A DNA stretch of 64,000 nt from Myxococcota bacterium. Its GTDB lineage: Bacteria > Myxococcota_A > UBA9160 > UBA6930. Each line of letters opens with the position of its first letter. Positions within the stretch are counted from its first letter, which is position 1. Of this stretch, positions 38,296-47,649 are shown one piece after another. The DNA is taken from positions 3,776,001 through 3,840,000 of the forward strand of contig OZ245015.1 in assembly GCA_965223705.1 (NCBI GenBank), in the 5' to 3' direction. A program made the position numbers and the translations under genes. The notes under the pieces are model-generated. The model made no database searches. It saw only the letters and a program-made list of their open reading frames with translations, and had not been told where the DNA came from.

Positions 38296-40097
38296 TTCGC
38301 GCAACGATCGTCGCAGCGAAGTTGCGGTGGGCCTTCGTCGGCGTTCTTCTGACGACCGCCGCATTCGCCCAGAACGGTCCTCCAGATGTTCCGGCAGGCG
38401 ACGCCCGGATCACCGGCCGCGTCGTGCATCGAGCCGAACCGGAACGTGGAATCGCGGGCGTCGAGGTCGCGCTCTACGCCCTGACCGAAGAAGGATTGCC
38501 CGGTTTGCGGGTGGCGACCAGCGATCCCGATGGATCATTCCAATTCGACGCCATCTCATCGTCCGCCCGCATCGCGTATTTCGTCGGTGCGCGCGTCGGC
38601 GGTGTCCCGTTCCCCGGAGCGCGGGTGACGTTCGGAGCCGGCGAGGCGGAAGCGCGCGTAACCGTGCCGATCTCACCGATCCGCTCCGAGGCTTCGACCG
38701 TCATCGTTCCGACGGTCAACGTGCGCCTCGATTGGCGAGGGCAGGAGCTCCTGGTCAGTCAAGTCGTGTCGCTGCGGCACGGCTACGACGAGACCCTTTT
38801 CGTCGCTCCGGACCAGAGAGAAGGCCGCGAGCCCTTTGTGTCGATCCCACTGCCCGAGGGCGAGGCGCAGGTCGAGTTCCCGTTCGGCGTTGCGCCGGAA
38901 GGCATCGTGCAGGGCGAAGAGGCACTGGCGTTCTTCGGTCCGATTCACCCGGGCGACGATCAGGAACTCCGGTTCGGCTACACCCTTCGACCGCGCGACG
39001 AGCGCGTCTCGCTCTCGTTGCCGATTCCGGCGGACGCGGGCCGCGTCGAGCTCCTCGTCCCGGCGAGTGGCCCCGCAGTGGACACGTCGCTTCGGGAAGA
39101 CGGCTCGGCCGAGGTGGGAGAACGGAGCTACCGCAGGTTCTCGGCGAACGCCGTCGATCTCGGTCCGGAAGCGCGCGTCGTCGCTCATTTCGGGCTCCCC
39201 AAGGCGAGCCACGACGCGTCGCGACTTCGGTTGTCTTCGGCGCAGTGGGTGATCGACGTCGACGTCGCGCGCCTCGCCCTGCGGGAGGAATACGCGATCG
39301 AGGTGGACGGCACCGAGCCCGTCGTCGCGGAATCCGACGAGCCCCTGGTTCGCCTCGCGCTTCCAGACGACGCCGAAGCGCTGCGTTTCGGGAGTGACAC
39401 GTCGGGGGTCGAGCTGACGCCACATCCCGACGGTGGCCTCGGGGTGTTGGGGCCACTGCCTCCGGGTCAGACGACCCTGTCGCTGCGCTACACGGTGCCC
39501 GTTGCGGCCGCGGAGACCGTGTTGTCGCGAAATGTCGCGTCCCACGTCGGACTCCTCGCAGTCTACGTCACGGACGACGGCCGGACGCGTGCAACCTCCG
39601 AACGGCTCCATCGGCGCAGGCCCGTTCGATCCTCCGATCGCAACTACATCCATCTCGAGGGCTTCGAAATCGAGGAGGATGAGCGCGTAGCGGTGTCGAT
39701 TGCCGCGCTCGCCCCGCGCTTGTCGTTGCCGCGCCCGGCGTTCCTGGCCGGCCTCGGCGTCGCGACCCTGGCGATCGGGTGGCTTGTCAGCGCACCGCTT
39801 CTCCGGCGAGAGGGCTCGCTCACACCGGATGTCGAGTCCGCGGCAGAGCGAGAGCGGCTCTCCCTGCTCGCCTCGTTGCGCGATCTCGAACACGACTTCG
39901 AGACCGGAAAGATCTCGGCGGCCGATCACGAGCGACTCCGCAGTGTGCTGCGCCGCCGTGCGCTCGCCGCGAGAGCTGCGGGCGAGGCGGAGGAAGCGGA
40001 GGGAGTGGACAACGCGGAACCGAGCTGCCCGTCGTGCGATGCCATTCCGTCGCCGTCCGCGCGCTACTGCGAGCAGTGTGGAACGTCTCTTTCGTGA
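38292..40097 (+). CDS. Ccm-associated membrane protein (periplasmic beta domains, TM, CcmI-like segment, C-terminal Zn ribbon)
   Basis: Signal peptide, carboxypeptidase-regulatory-like ITGRV...SDPDGSFQF, TM, LRDLEHDFETGKISAADH, CPSC...CEQC; GTGA overlap with ccmF. Confidence 0.7.
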   Translation: MIRATIVAAKLRWAFVGVLLTTAAFAQNGPPDVPAGDARITGRVVHRAEPERGIAGVEVALYALTEEGLPGLRVATSDPDGSFQFDAISSSARIAYFVGARVGGVPFPGARVTFGAGEAEARVTVPISPIRSEASTVIVPTVNVRLDWRGQELLVSQVVSLRHGYDETLFVAPDQREGREPFVSIPLPEGEAQVEFPFGVAPEGIVQGEEALAFFGPIHPGDDQELRFGYTLRPRDERVSLSLPIPADAGRVELLVPASGPAVDTSLREDGSAEVGERSYRRFSANAVDLGPEARVVAHFGLPKASHDASRLRLSSAQWVIDVDVARLALREEYAIEVDGTEPVVAESDEPLVRLALPDDAEALRFGSDTSGVELTPHPDGGLGVLGPLPPGQTTLSLRYTVPVAAAETVLSRNVASHVGLLAVYVTDDGRTRATSERLHRRRPVRSSDRNYIHLEGFEIEEDERVAVSIAALAPRLSLPRPAFLAGLGVATLAIGWLVSAPLLRREGSLTPDVESAAERERLSLLASLRDLEHDFETGKISAADHERLRSVLRRRALAARAAGEAEEAEGVDNAEPSCPSCDAIPSPSARYCEQCGTSLS

Positions 40098-40128
40098 GCG
40101 ACGCACTCCCGGGCGGGCCGGCTCTTTG

Positions 40129-40860
40129 GTGAGCGACATCCTGCTCGAGGTCCGAGGGATTGCCAAGCGCTTCGGTGGCGAACACGCGTTGCGACCGCTC
40201 GACCTGACGCTCCGCACTGGTGATCGCGTGGCCGTCCTCGGACCGAACGGCGCCGGCAAGTCGACACTCCTGCGGCTTCTTTCCGGACTCGCGCGCGCTT
40301 CGGCGGGATCGATTGAGCTGCCGGGAGTCGCCCGTGCGCGGCGCGGCCCCGCGCTGCGCCGCCGCGTCGGCTACGTGGGTCACGCGAGCTTGCTCTATCC
40401 GGCGCTCACGGTGACGGAAAACCTCGTGTTCACCGGGCGCTTGTACGGCGTCGACCAACCCGCGGAGCGCGCGGCCCACCTGGTTCGTGAGCTCAAGCTC
40501 GAGGACTTCGCCGAGCGGCGGGTGCGGCATCTCTCGAGAGGGGTCGCACAGCGTGTCGCAGTCGCGCGCGCGCTGATGCACGAACCGGAGCTCCTGCTCC
40601 TCGACGAACCGTTCTCGGGGCTCGATCCCGAGGCGGCGCCGGCTCTCGAAGCCCGGATCGAGAGTCTGATGGCGCAGGGCGCCGGGGGGCGCGCGCTGGT
40701 CTTCGTCACCCATGATCTCGCCAGCGCCGCGCGCCTCTGCGACCGCGCGCTCATCTTGCGGGGCGGCCTTCACCGGGAGTGCCGCGTTTCCCGCGACGAG
40801 GGTGCCATGGGCCGGCTCTACGCGGAGAGCCAGGACGCGCTCGCGATGGAAGCGTCATGA
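40129..40860 (+). CDS. ccmA: Heme export ABC ATP-binding protein CcmA
   Basis: GPNGAGKST, GYVGHASLLYPALT..ENL, LSRGVAQR, LDEPFSGLD; ccm context. Confidence 0.9.
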   Translation: MSDILLEVRGIAKRFGGEHALRPLDLTLRTGDRVAVLGPNGAGKSTLLRLLSGLARASAGSIELPGVARARRGPALRRRVGYVGHASLLYPALTVTENLVFTGRLYGVDQPAERAAHLVRELKLEDFAERRVRHLSRGVAQRVAVARALMHEPELLLLDEPFSGLDPEAAPALEARIESLMAQGAGGRALVFVTHDLASAARLCDRALILRGGLHRECRVSRDEGAMGRLYAESQDALAMEAS

Positions 40861-41522
40861 ACACCCTGTTCACGATTCTCTGGAAGGATCTTGTCATCGA
40901 ATGGCGCACCCGGGAACGGGTCGTCGCCATGGCTGTTTTCGCCGTACTCGTCGCGGTGATCTTCCACTTCGCCGCGCCCGCGGGTGACGACGCTGCGAGC
41001 CGCGCGCACCTGCCGGGCCTCCTGTGGGTCGCCACGTTGTTCGCTGCGATCCTCGGGCTCAACCGGTCCTTTGCCTTGGAACTCGAGAACGACGCGTGGT
41101 CCGCCTTGGCCCTCGCGCCCGCCGACCGGGGCTTTCTATTTCTCGGGAAGGCCCTGGCCAACACGCTCCTCGTCGGCGCCGTGGTCGCCCTCGAGACCGC
41201 CGTGTTTGCGCTGATGTTCGACTTGCCGTTTGCCGGAAACATCGGAAGCTACGCGGCGGTCGCCGGGCTCGGCACCTTTGGGATCTGCTGCTTGGGCTCG
41301 CTGTTCTCGGCCATGGCCGTACGCACGGCCTACCGGGAGGTGCTCCTCCCACTCCTCCTTCTGCCGCTCCTCGTGCCGGTCCTCATCGGGGCCACACGCT
41401 CGACCCAAGCGCTACTCGCCGGCGGGCCGGTTCCCGAGGATGCACTCCGGTTGCTGTTGGTGAGCGACGGCCTCTACCTCATCGTATCTTTCTTGAGCTT
41501 CGAGTTCGTTCTCGACGAATGA
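40857..41522 (+). CDS. ccmB: Heme export permease CcmB
   Basis: KDLVIEWR, GLLWV, REVLLPLLLLPLLVPVLI; six TM helices. Confidence 0.92.
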   Translation: MNTLFTILWKDLVIEWRTRERVVAMAVFAVLVAVIFHFAAPAGDDAASRAHLPGLLWVATLFAAILGLNRSFALELENDAWSALALAPADRGFLFLGKALANTLLVGAVVALETAVFALMFDLPFAGNIGSYAAVAGLGTFGICCLGSLFSAMAVRTAYREVLLPLLLLPLLVPVLIGATRSTQALLAGGPVPEDALRLLLVSDGLYLIVSFLSFEFVLDE

Positions 41523-41528
41523 CCCAGC

Positions 41529-42257
41529 ATGAGCCAAGGGGGAGTCGTGGCCTCACTTCCGGATGACGAAGCGCGCTTCGAGCGATGTTTCGAACAGATC
41601 GCGCGTATCTCGGGCTGGGTCCTGCTCGGAATCCTGCCGGTCTACTTCTTCACCGTCGTGCAGGCGCCGATGGACCGCGTCCAAGGCATCGTCCAGAAAA
41701 TTCTCTACGTCCATCCGCCCTGCGCGTTTGCCGCCTACGCCGGGTTTGCGCTCACCGCGGTCTACGGGGCGCTCTTTCTCGCGAGAGATCGCGCTGCGTA
41801 CGATCGCGCCGCGGCCGCAGCCGCCGAAGTCGGGGTGCTGTTCTGCGCGCTGATGATCGTTACCGGGCCTATCTGGGGCAAAGCGACCTGGGGGCGCTGG
41901 TGGTCCTGGGACCTCCGATTGACCCTGACGTTGCTCCTGTTCCTGATCTATCTGGCGTACCTCCTGCTCCGAAGCTTCACGGAGGGCAATGAGCGGGCCG
42001 CGCGATTCTCAGCGGTCTACGGGATCGCCGGACTCCTCGTCATCCCCCTCAACTACTTCGCCATCGACCTGGCCGGCGGCCGCTCGATGCACCCCGAGAA
42101 CCTCGAGCGGGGAAGCCTCGGCGAGGGGATGGGACTTCCCTTCCTTTTGGGGGTTATTTCCGCCCTGATCGCTTTCGTTTACCTATGGGCGTTGCGGGTT
42201 CGGGTCGCGGGGCTATCCCAACAGACCGCCGCCTCGCCCAGAGAGGTCCCCTCGTGA
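41529..42257 (+). CDS. ccmC: Heme export/delivery protein CcmC
   Basis: ILYVHPP, TGPIWGKATWGRWWSWDLRLT (WWD motif), SMHP. Confidence 0.93.
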   Translation: MSQGGVVASLPDDEARFERCFEQIARISGWVLLGILPVYFFTVVQAPMDRVQGIVQKILYVHPPCAFAAYAGFALTAVYGALFLARDRAAYDRAAAAAAEVGVLFCALMIVTGPIWGKATWGRWWSWDLRLTLTLLLFLIYLAYLLLRSFTEGNERAARFSAVYGIAGLLVIPLNYFAIDLAGGRSMHPENLERGSLGEGMGLPFLLGVISALIAFVYLWALRVRVAGLSQQTAASPREVPS

Positions 42258-42370
42258 GCTACGTGATCGCCGCCTACGGATTGGTCATCGCCGGTCTGGC
42301 GTCGTACGCCGGCTGGCTGCAGAAGCGGCGCAGGGAGCTCGAAGACGCGGCGCAGCGAGATCGTGGTTGA
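42254..42370 (+). CDS. ccmD: Probable CcmD
   Basis: 38 aa: YVIAAYG-TM-QKRRREL; GTGA overlap with ccmC. Confidence 0.75.
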   Translation: MSYVIAAYGLVIAGLASYAGWLQKRRRELEDAAQRDRG

Positions 42371-42396
42371 CAAGCAGAAGAGCGGACGCCTATAAC
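42367..42396 (+). promoter_or_regulatory. Near-consensus sigma70 promoter
   Basis: TTGACA (42367-42372), 18 nt, TATAAC (42391-42396). Confidence 0.7.
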
Positions 42397-42674
42397 GAGG
42401 GTGGCTTCTAAGTCATAGTGTTTGCTCAAGAATTGTTCCCCCCTCCCCTTGGAGGGCCGTCGCGCCAAACGCCGGAGGCCCCAGCTTGAGAAGTCCGAAT
42501 CACGCTGCTTCCCGCTCGTTCAGAGCACCGCTCCGCATCGCGCGCGCATGCTTCCGTCTAACAGAAGCACAACACCGGCAAGAGACGATCACTTCCCCCT
42601 TCGGCCCGGGTGAAAAGTGCTGCCGAGTAAACACTCCGCGTAACCTTTCCGGGCCCGGGAGGCACATCTAAGCG

Positions 42675-43172
42675 ATGGCCAGTATGAAACGCGGCGTTGG
42701 GTATTGCGAAAACACCGACTGTGAAGATTACGCTAAGGGCGTCTTTCTTCTGAACCACGGGGACACCTTCTACTGCCCCCGTTGTCGACAGCTCGGGAAG
42801 GTCGAAAAGGAACGCGGTTTCTACACCGGAAGTTCCGACATCTTCAAAGAGGTCCGGGTCGAGTACAACTTCGATCCGATCAACGGCGTCTACCGCGAGA
42901 TTGCGATCGTGCGCGACGAGAGCCTCTGGGGCCGCAACAACGTCTACACGCTGCAGTCGCCGCTCATCAAAACCGAAAAACGGGCGCTGAAGGTCGCCGA
43001 GGCGATCCTCGCGAACCTGAACCGGTACCGCGGGTTGTTGAACGGCGATGAGATCCCGCGGACGACGGAAATCATCCTGTCGTTCGATGATCCGTTCGAT
43101 GAGTTCCAGCGAAAAGTCCGACAGCTCGGACGCGAACTCGAACAGAGCGGGCTGCGGGAAATGAGCCGCTAG
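42675..43172 (+). CDS. Hypothetical Zn-ribbon protein (Cx4C...CxxC)
   Basis: 165 aa, GGAGG upstream, CENTDC and CPRC pairs; composition typical of a real protein rather than a shadow ORF. Confidence 0.85.
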   Translation: MASMKRGVGYCENTDCEDYAKGVFLLNHGDTFYCPRCRQLGKVEKERGFYTGSSDIFKEVRVEYNFDPINGVYREIAIVRDESLWGRNNVYTLQSPLIKTEKRALKVAEAILANLNRYRGLLNGDEIPRTTEIILSFDDPFDEFQRKVRQLGRELEQSGLREMSR

Positions 43173-43175
43173 CCC

Positions 43176-43721
43176 TCAAAGCCCCCGAAGCCGATTCGTG
43201 AGATCGATGCGCGCTCCGGCGAGGATCGCGCCAAGGCCTTGGTGCTCGCGACGCTCGACCTCCACGGCGCCGCGCAACGCATCGTCGAGTGGACCAGCGA
43301 ACCAGGGAAACATCGTGTCCGGGAGCTCCGACACGCCGAACCAAGAGAGTCGCGGTGTCTCGGCGCTCGGTGTCAGCTCTCCACCCGAACACTCACATCG
43401 AAAGACCCACGCCGTGTGCGGGAGAAAACCGGTGCGGTGATAGCGCCCGACGAGTTCGGTGACGCGCACCTGCAAGCCCGTCTCTTCCAGGATCTCGCGG
43501 CGAACGCCTTCTTCGGGCGATTCCGCTTCGTTGACGTTGCCGCCGGGCAATTCCCAGCCGCGCAGGTTTGATCGCATCGAGAGGAGCACGCGGTCGCCAT
43601 CGCGGATGACGCCTTGGGCGACGCGCGACGGACCGCTCAATCGGTGACCGAAGAAACCCTCCCAAGCGTTGTAGGCGTAGTGCGGAACGACCTGGAGCAA
43701 GCGCCCGAGTCGTACGAGCAC
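43176..43721 (-). CDS. NUDIX hydrolase
   Basis: WELPGGNVNEAESPEEGVRREILEETG Nudix box. Confidence 0.9.
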   Translation of the reverse strand: MLVRLGRLLQVVPHYAYNAWEGFFGHRLSGPSRVAQGVIRDGDRVLLSMRSNLRGWELPGGNVNEAESPEEGVRREILEETGLQVRVTELVGRYHRTGFLPHTAWVFRCECSGGELTPSAETPRLSWFGVSELPDTMFPWFAGPLDDALRGAVEVERREHQGLGAILAGARIDLTNRLRGL

Positions 43722-43727
43722 GACCGG

Positions 43728-44606
43728 TCAGCCGACGATCTTGTTCAGCGGGTACTCGACGATGCCTGTGGCCCCGGCCTCGACCAGTTCCGGAAGCAGC
43801 TCGCGCACGACGGCTTCCGACACGATCGTATTGATAGCCGCCCAGTCGGTGTCGACGAGGTTCGACACGGTGGGAGCCGAGAGCGCAGGCAGGAGCTTGA
43901 GGACGCGATCGAGCCGCTCTCGAGGCACGTTCATCATGAGACCGACGCGGTCCGCGGCGGCGATCGCCCCGCGGATCAGCAGCAGGAGGCGATCCATCTT
44001 GGCGCGCTTCCACGGATCGGCCGAGGAGTCCCGGTTCGCGATGAAGCGCGGCGTGCTCTCGAGCACCGTGTCGAGGACGCGCAGCTGGTTCGCGCGGATA
44101 CTCGAACCGGTTTCCGAAACATCGACGATCGCGTCCGCCAAGACCGGCGGCTTCACCTCGGTGGCGCCGAAGGAGAATTCGACCTCGGCGCGGATGCCCC
44201 TCTCTTCGAGATACGCCTTGGTGAGGCCCACTGCCTCGGTGGCGATTCGCTTGCCCTCGAGATCTTTCGGGTCTTGAAACGGCGAGGAATCCTTCACCGC
44301 GAGGAGCCAGCGTACCGTTCGGTAGTTCGACCACGGCGCTTTCAAGTCCGCGAGCTCTTCGACATCGGCCCCGGTCTCGCGAACCCAATCGACTCCGGTG
44401 ATGCCCGCGTCGAGCACGCCCTGATCGACGTACCGGGCCATTTCCTGCGCACGGATCAGAACGCACTCGATCTCGTCATCATCGATTCGGGGATAGTAGG
44501 AACGCGAGGGGAATTCGATCTGATAGCCGGCGCGTTCAAACAACCGCGCCGTCGTGTCCTGCAGACTGCCCTTCGGAAGACCGAGTCGCAGCGGCCCATC
44601 GCTCAT
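43728..44606 (-). CDS. hisG: ATP phosphoribosyltransferase (long form)
   Basis: LGLPKGSL, RAQEM, DAGITGVDW, GATEVKPP..ADAIVDVSETGSS, C-terminal regulatory domain (PTVS...GATGIVEYP). Confidence 0.96.
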   Translation of the reverse strand: MSDGPLRLGLPKGSLQDTTARLFERAGYQIEFPSRSYYPRIDDDEIECVLIRAQEMARYVDQGVLDAGITGVDWVRETGADVEELADLKAPWSNYRTVRWLLAVKDSSPFQDPKDLEGKRIATEAVGLTKAYLEERGIRAEVEFSFGATEVKPPVLADAIVDVSETGSSIRANQLRVLDTVLESTPRFIANRDSSADPWKRAKMDRLLLLIRGAIAAADRVGLMMNVPRERLDRVLKLLPALSAPTVSNLVDTDWAAINTIVSEAVVRELLPELVEAGATGIVEYPLNKIVG

Positions 44607-45019
44607 TTCTTGTACACCTCGGCGGGATCGAACACTTGAACACCGACATCTCGGAATCCCGTCGCCTCGAGTTTGTTGAAAAAGCAACTGCGTTTGCCGG
44701 TGTGGCAGGCGGCATCGCCGCGCTGCTCCACACGCAACAGCACGGCGTCCCCGTCGCAGTCGACGTAGATCCCTTTGACCACCTGCACGTTGCCGCTCTC
44801 TTCACCTTTGTGCCAAAAGCGTTTCCGCGACGTGCTCCAGTAGACGACCTCGCCGCATTCGATCGTTTTTCGCAGCGATTCTTCGTTCATGTAGGCCACC
44901 ATGAGGATCTCTCCGGTGGCGTCGTCCTGTGCGATAGCGGTGATCAGGCCGTCTCGTTTCGCGAAATCGAGCACGCCCGAGGTCAGTGCGCCTGCTTCTA
45001 GAGAGGGTTTCAAGTCCAT
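44603..45019 (-). CDS. hisI: Phosphoribosyl-AMP cyclohydrolase
   Basis: LMVAYMN, YWSTSR..WHKGEESGN, DCDGD, ACHTGKRSCF. Confidence 0.95.
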   Translation of the reverse strand: MDLKPSLEAGALTSGVLDFAKRDGLITAIAQDDATGEILMVAYMNEESLRKTIECGEVVYWSTSRKRFWHKGEESGNVQVVKGIYVDCDGDAVLLRVEQRGDAACHTGKRSCFFNKLEATGFRDVGVQVFDPAEVYKK

Positions 45020-45032
45020 TGGGGCGGCGAAT

Positions 45033-47645
45033 CTACAGGGCGCCGAGGGAGGCTGCCAGCCGCTCGAGCAAACCCGGAAGATCCTCGAAGCGCGGGCCTC
45101 GCGCGTACAGGCGCTCTTTCGGCTTGTCCCCACTCGTGCGGACCAAGACCTCCCTTCGAACGAGAAGTTCAAGCGCGTTGCGGAATCCGACGCTCGTCCA
45201 CGCCTCCCGTCGTTGTACTTCGCCGAGCAGAGCGGCTCTTTGGAAACCGAGCTCCGCGGTCTTTTCGAGATCATTCTCCGACGTGCCGTCCTCAGCCATC
45301 GAAACGGCCTGCAAGGACACGTGGTACGACTCGATCAAGCTCCGGGTCTGCTCTGCGAGGAAGCGGAAATACGGTCGGCCTTTCTCGGTCGGGTACAACC
45401 GTTCGTCGACGACTTCGAGTGCACCGATTCGCTCGAAGTAGTCGAGGAAGGCATCGACGTGGAGCGCCATGACCATTCCGGTCGGTGCGAACAGCTCGCT
45501 GTAGAAGAACTCGAGCCAGAACTGGAGGTCGTCGCGAAGCTCAGCGCGCGAGACTCCCGAGAGGATTCTCCGCGCGGCGAAGCTCGGTGTGGCGAGAAAA
45601 TGCGCGATGACGTTTCGATAGACGTCGAGAGCGCGACGTTTTCCCTCCTCGAAGTAAACGATCTCGCCGCGCGGATCTTCTTCGACTTTCACGAGATCGG
45701 CGCGAACGAGAAAGTCGATCGACTCTTTGAACTCGGTTTCGATTGCGGCGAGGGACGACGTCATCGGCACGTCCTGCAACCGCAAGAGATCGGCGATCTC
45801 GCGCATCCGCACCACCAATTCCGTCCGGAACAGGCCTCGGGGGCTGCCGCCGAGCAAGGCGGAAGCGGCAACCGCGGTGCCCGTCGCCACCATCGACCAA
45901 TTGATTCGTTCGACGATCTCGTTGCCGAGTTCTTCGATCGCGGAACGCCTCGCCTCTTCAGTTCCCGCCGCCCTGAAAGCGCCCCCTCGTCGCGCGAGAA
46001 AATCGGCGACGGAGATGGGCTCGCCGAAGCGAACGTGCGCCGAGCCGAAGCGATTGCGCAGGAAGCGACGCGCGCGGACAAGACCGGTGACGCTCTCCTC
46101 GCTCTTCTCGCCGCCCTCGAGCTCCTCGATCATGCTGCTCTCTTCTACCAGGCGCTCGTAGCTGATCCCGATGGGCACGAAGAACATGTCGCGGCGGCCG
46201 GCGTCGACGAACGCCTCGAGAATCCAGGAAAGAATGCCGAGGCGGGGCGCCAGGCTTTTCCCCGTGCGCGATCGACCTCCCTCGATGAAAAATTCCTGTG
46301 TGTACCCCTCGCGAACCAAGTGAGCGAGGTAGGCGCGGAACACCGCTTTGTACAAGTCGTCGCCAAAATCTTTGCGGAGGAAAAACGCGCCAAGGCGTCG
46401 GAACAGGAACCCGAATGGACCGAACGCCATGTTCTCCCGGGCGGCGACGTGAGGCGGAACGAGATAGTTCCGGTAGAACAGCCACGACAGAATCAGGAAG
46501 TCGAAATACGAGCGGTGGCTCGGGACCAGGATCACCGGGTGCTCTCGCGCGTACTGCGCGACTCGTTCGAGCCCGGTCGCGTCGATCGAGGCGAACAACC
46601 GACGGAAGATCCAGCCGGTCAACGTGTTCGCGAACGCCATGAGACTCGGGTTCAAGTTCGCCGCGATTTCCCGAACGATCTTCTCCGCCTCGTTTCGATT
46701 CGACGCGAGGCTTCCCCCCTGGCTCTCCATGCGTTCGCTGATCGCTTGCCGCACGCCCGGATCGCGAAGCACGATGCGCTGCACGCGATGGACTGGCCGG
46801 AGTCTGGGCCCTTCGACGACGCGCTCTTCGGCGGCGAAGAACTGCATCGTCCGGCGCCGCAGAGACCGGACGGCGGTGCGGGTCGACGTCGCTCCGAGCC
46901 CGGCTCGAAAGTCCCGAATCGAGATCGCGTCACCGAGCTTGATCGCGAGATCGCGGTACGCGATGAGAAAGGACGAGATCTTCGCGAGATCAGACGGCCT
47001 CGAAACGCTGCTGTAGGGCAAGTTCACAAAGCGACGCGTCGGCAGAGGACCTTTGCGCCAAAACAGTGCGATCGGGACGACGTGCACTTCGTGCTCGGCC
47101 GTCTCTGCCGCGCGCAGGACTTCGGCCATCAAGTCGAGACGGCGTTGGCCGCGCTCGACTTCTTCGCGCCGGCTCCTCAGTCGATCGCGAAGGCGCGCCG
47201 TTCGGAGAAACAGGAACAGGCTCTGCCCCTCGCCGACGATCCCAGAGACGCGGGCGCGCACCGCTTCGGGCGAGCGATCGCCCCCGCGGAACCAGCAGCG
47301 AAGCGCGTCAAAGAACCGGCGGTAGTAGAAGAAGCGGATGCCGTTCGCGTACTGCGACAGTCGCAGCCCTTCGCGGCGAAACAGGAAGTTGAACAGGAAG
47401 TAGTCGAGCCGGCTCGCGTAGCGCATGACGTAGACGATCGAACCCGCCGCCTCGAGCCCATGCAGGCGCTCGAGATCCGCGTCGGGAAGCCGGAAATGTC
47501 GGAAGTAGCGCCTCGCAAAAGCCCTGAGCGGCCAGTTGAAGCGCTCGGTCATCGCCGAGAGCGGATCTCTCACAGCGTGTCGCTCTTTGCCCAGAGCGGA
47601 TCCTTCATGCGACGTGAAGGTCGCACGAGGCGCCCGGAGGAGCAA
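45033..47645 (-). CDS. plsB: Glycerol-3-phosphate acyltransferase PlsB-like
   Basis: PSHRSYFD (HX4D), GAFFLRK, FFIEGGRSRTG, VPIGISYE, FGEPIS; start uncertain (47645 or 47552). Confidence 0.88.
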   Translation of the reverse strand: MLLRAPRATFTSHEGSALGKERHAVRDPLSAMTERFNWPLRAFARRYFRHFRLPDADLERLHGLEAAGSIVYVMRYASRLDYFLFNFLFRREGLRLSQYANGIRFFYYRRFFDALRCWFRGGDRSPEAVRARVSGIVGEGQSLFLFLRTARLRDRLRSRREEVERGQRRLDLMAEVLRAAETAEHEVHVVPIALFWRKGPLPTRRFVNLPYSSVSRPSDLAKISSFLIAYRDLAIKLGDAISIRDFRAGLGATSTRTAVRSLRRRTMQFFAAEERVVEGPRLRPVHRVQRIVLRDPGVRQAISERMESQGGSLASNRNEAEKIVREIAANLNPSLMAFANTLTGWIFRRLFASIDATGLERVAQYAREHPVILVPSHRSYFDFLILSWLFYRNYLVPPHVAARENMAFGPFGFLFRRLGAFFLRKDFGDDLYKAVFRAYLAHLVREGYTQEFFIEGGRSRTGKSLAPRLGILSWILEAFVDAGRRDMFFVPIGISYERLVEESSMIEELEGGEKSEESVTGLVRARRFLRNRFGSAHVRFGEPISVADFLARRGGAFRAAGTEEARRSAIEELGNEIVERINWSMVATGTAVAASALLGGSPRGLFRTELVVRMREIADLLRLQDVPMTSSLAAIETEFKESIDFLVRADLVKVEEDPRGEIVYFEEGKRRALDVYRNVIAHFLATPSFAARRILSGVSRAELRDDLQFWLEFFYSELFAPTGMVMALHVDAFLDYFERIGALEVVDERLYPTEKGRPYFRFLAEQTRSLIESYHVSLQAVSMAEDGTSENDLEKTAELGFQRAALLGEVQRREAWTSVGFRNALELLVRREVLVRTSGDKPKERLYARGPRFEDLPGLLERLAASLGAL

Positions 47646-47649
47646 TCAA

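Noticed and set aside
42422..42671. Small ORFs (61-66 aa) in the leader of the Zn-ribbon gene
   Set aside because: TTG starts without a clear SD and no protein-like features; better explained as non-coding leader.
42400..42674. Assignment to a known riboswitch, 6S RNA, tmRNA or RNase P RNA
   Set aside because: I could not match the conserved cores by eye, so it is left as an unassigned candidate.
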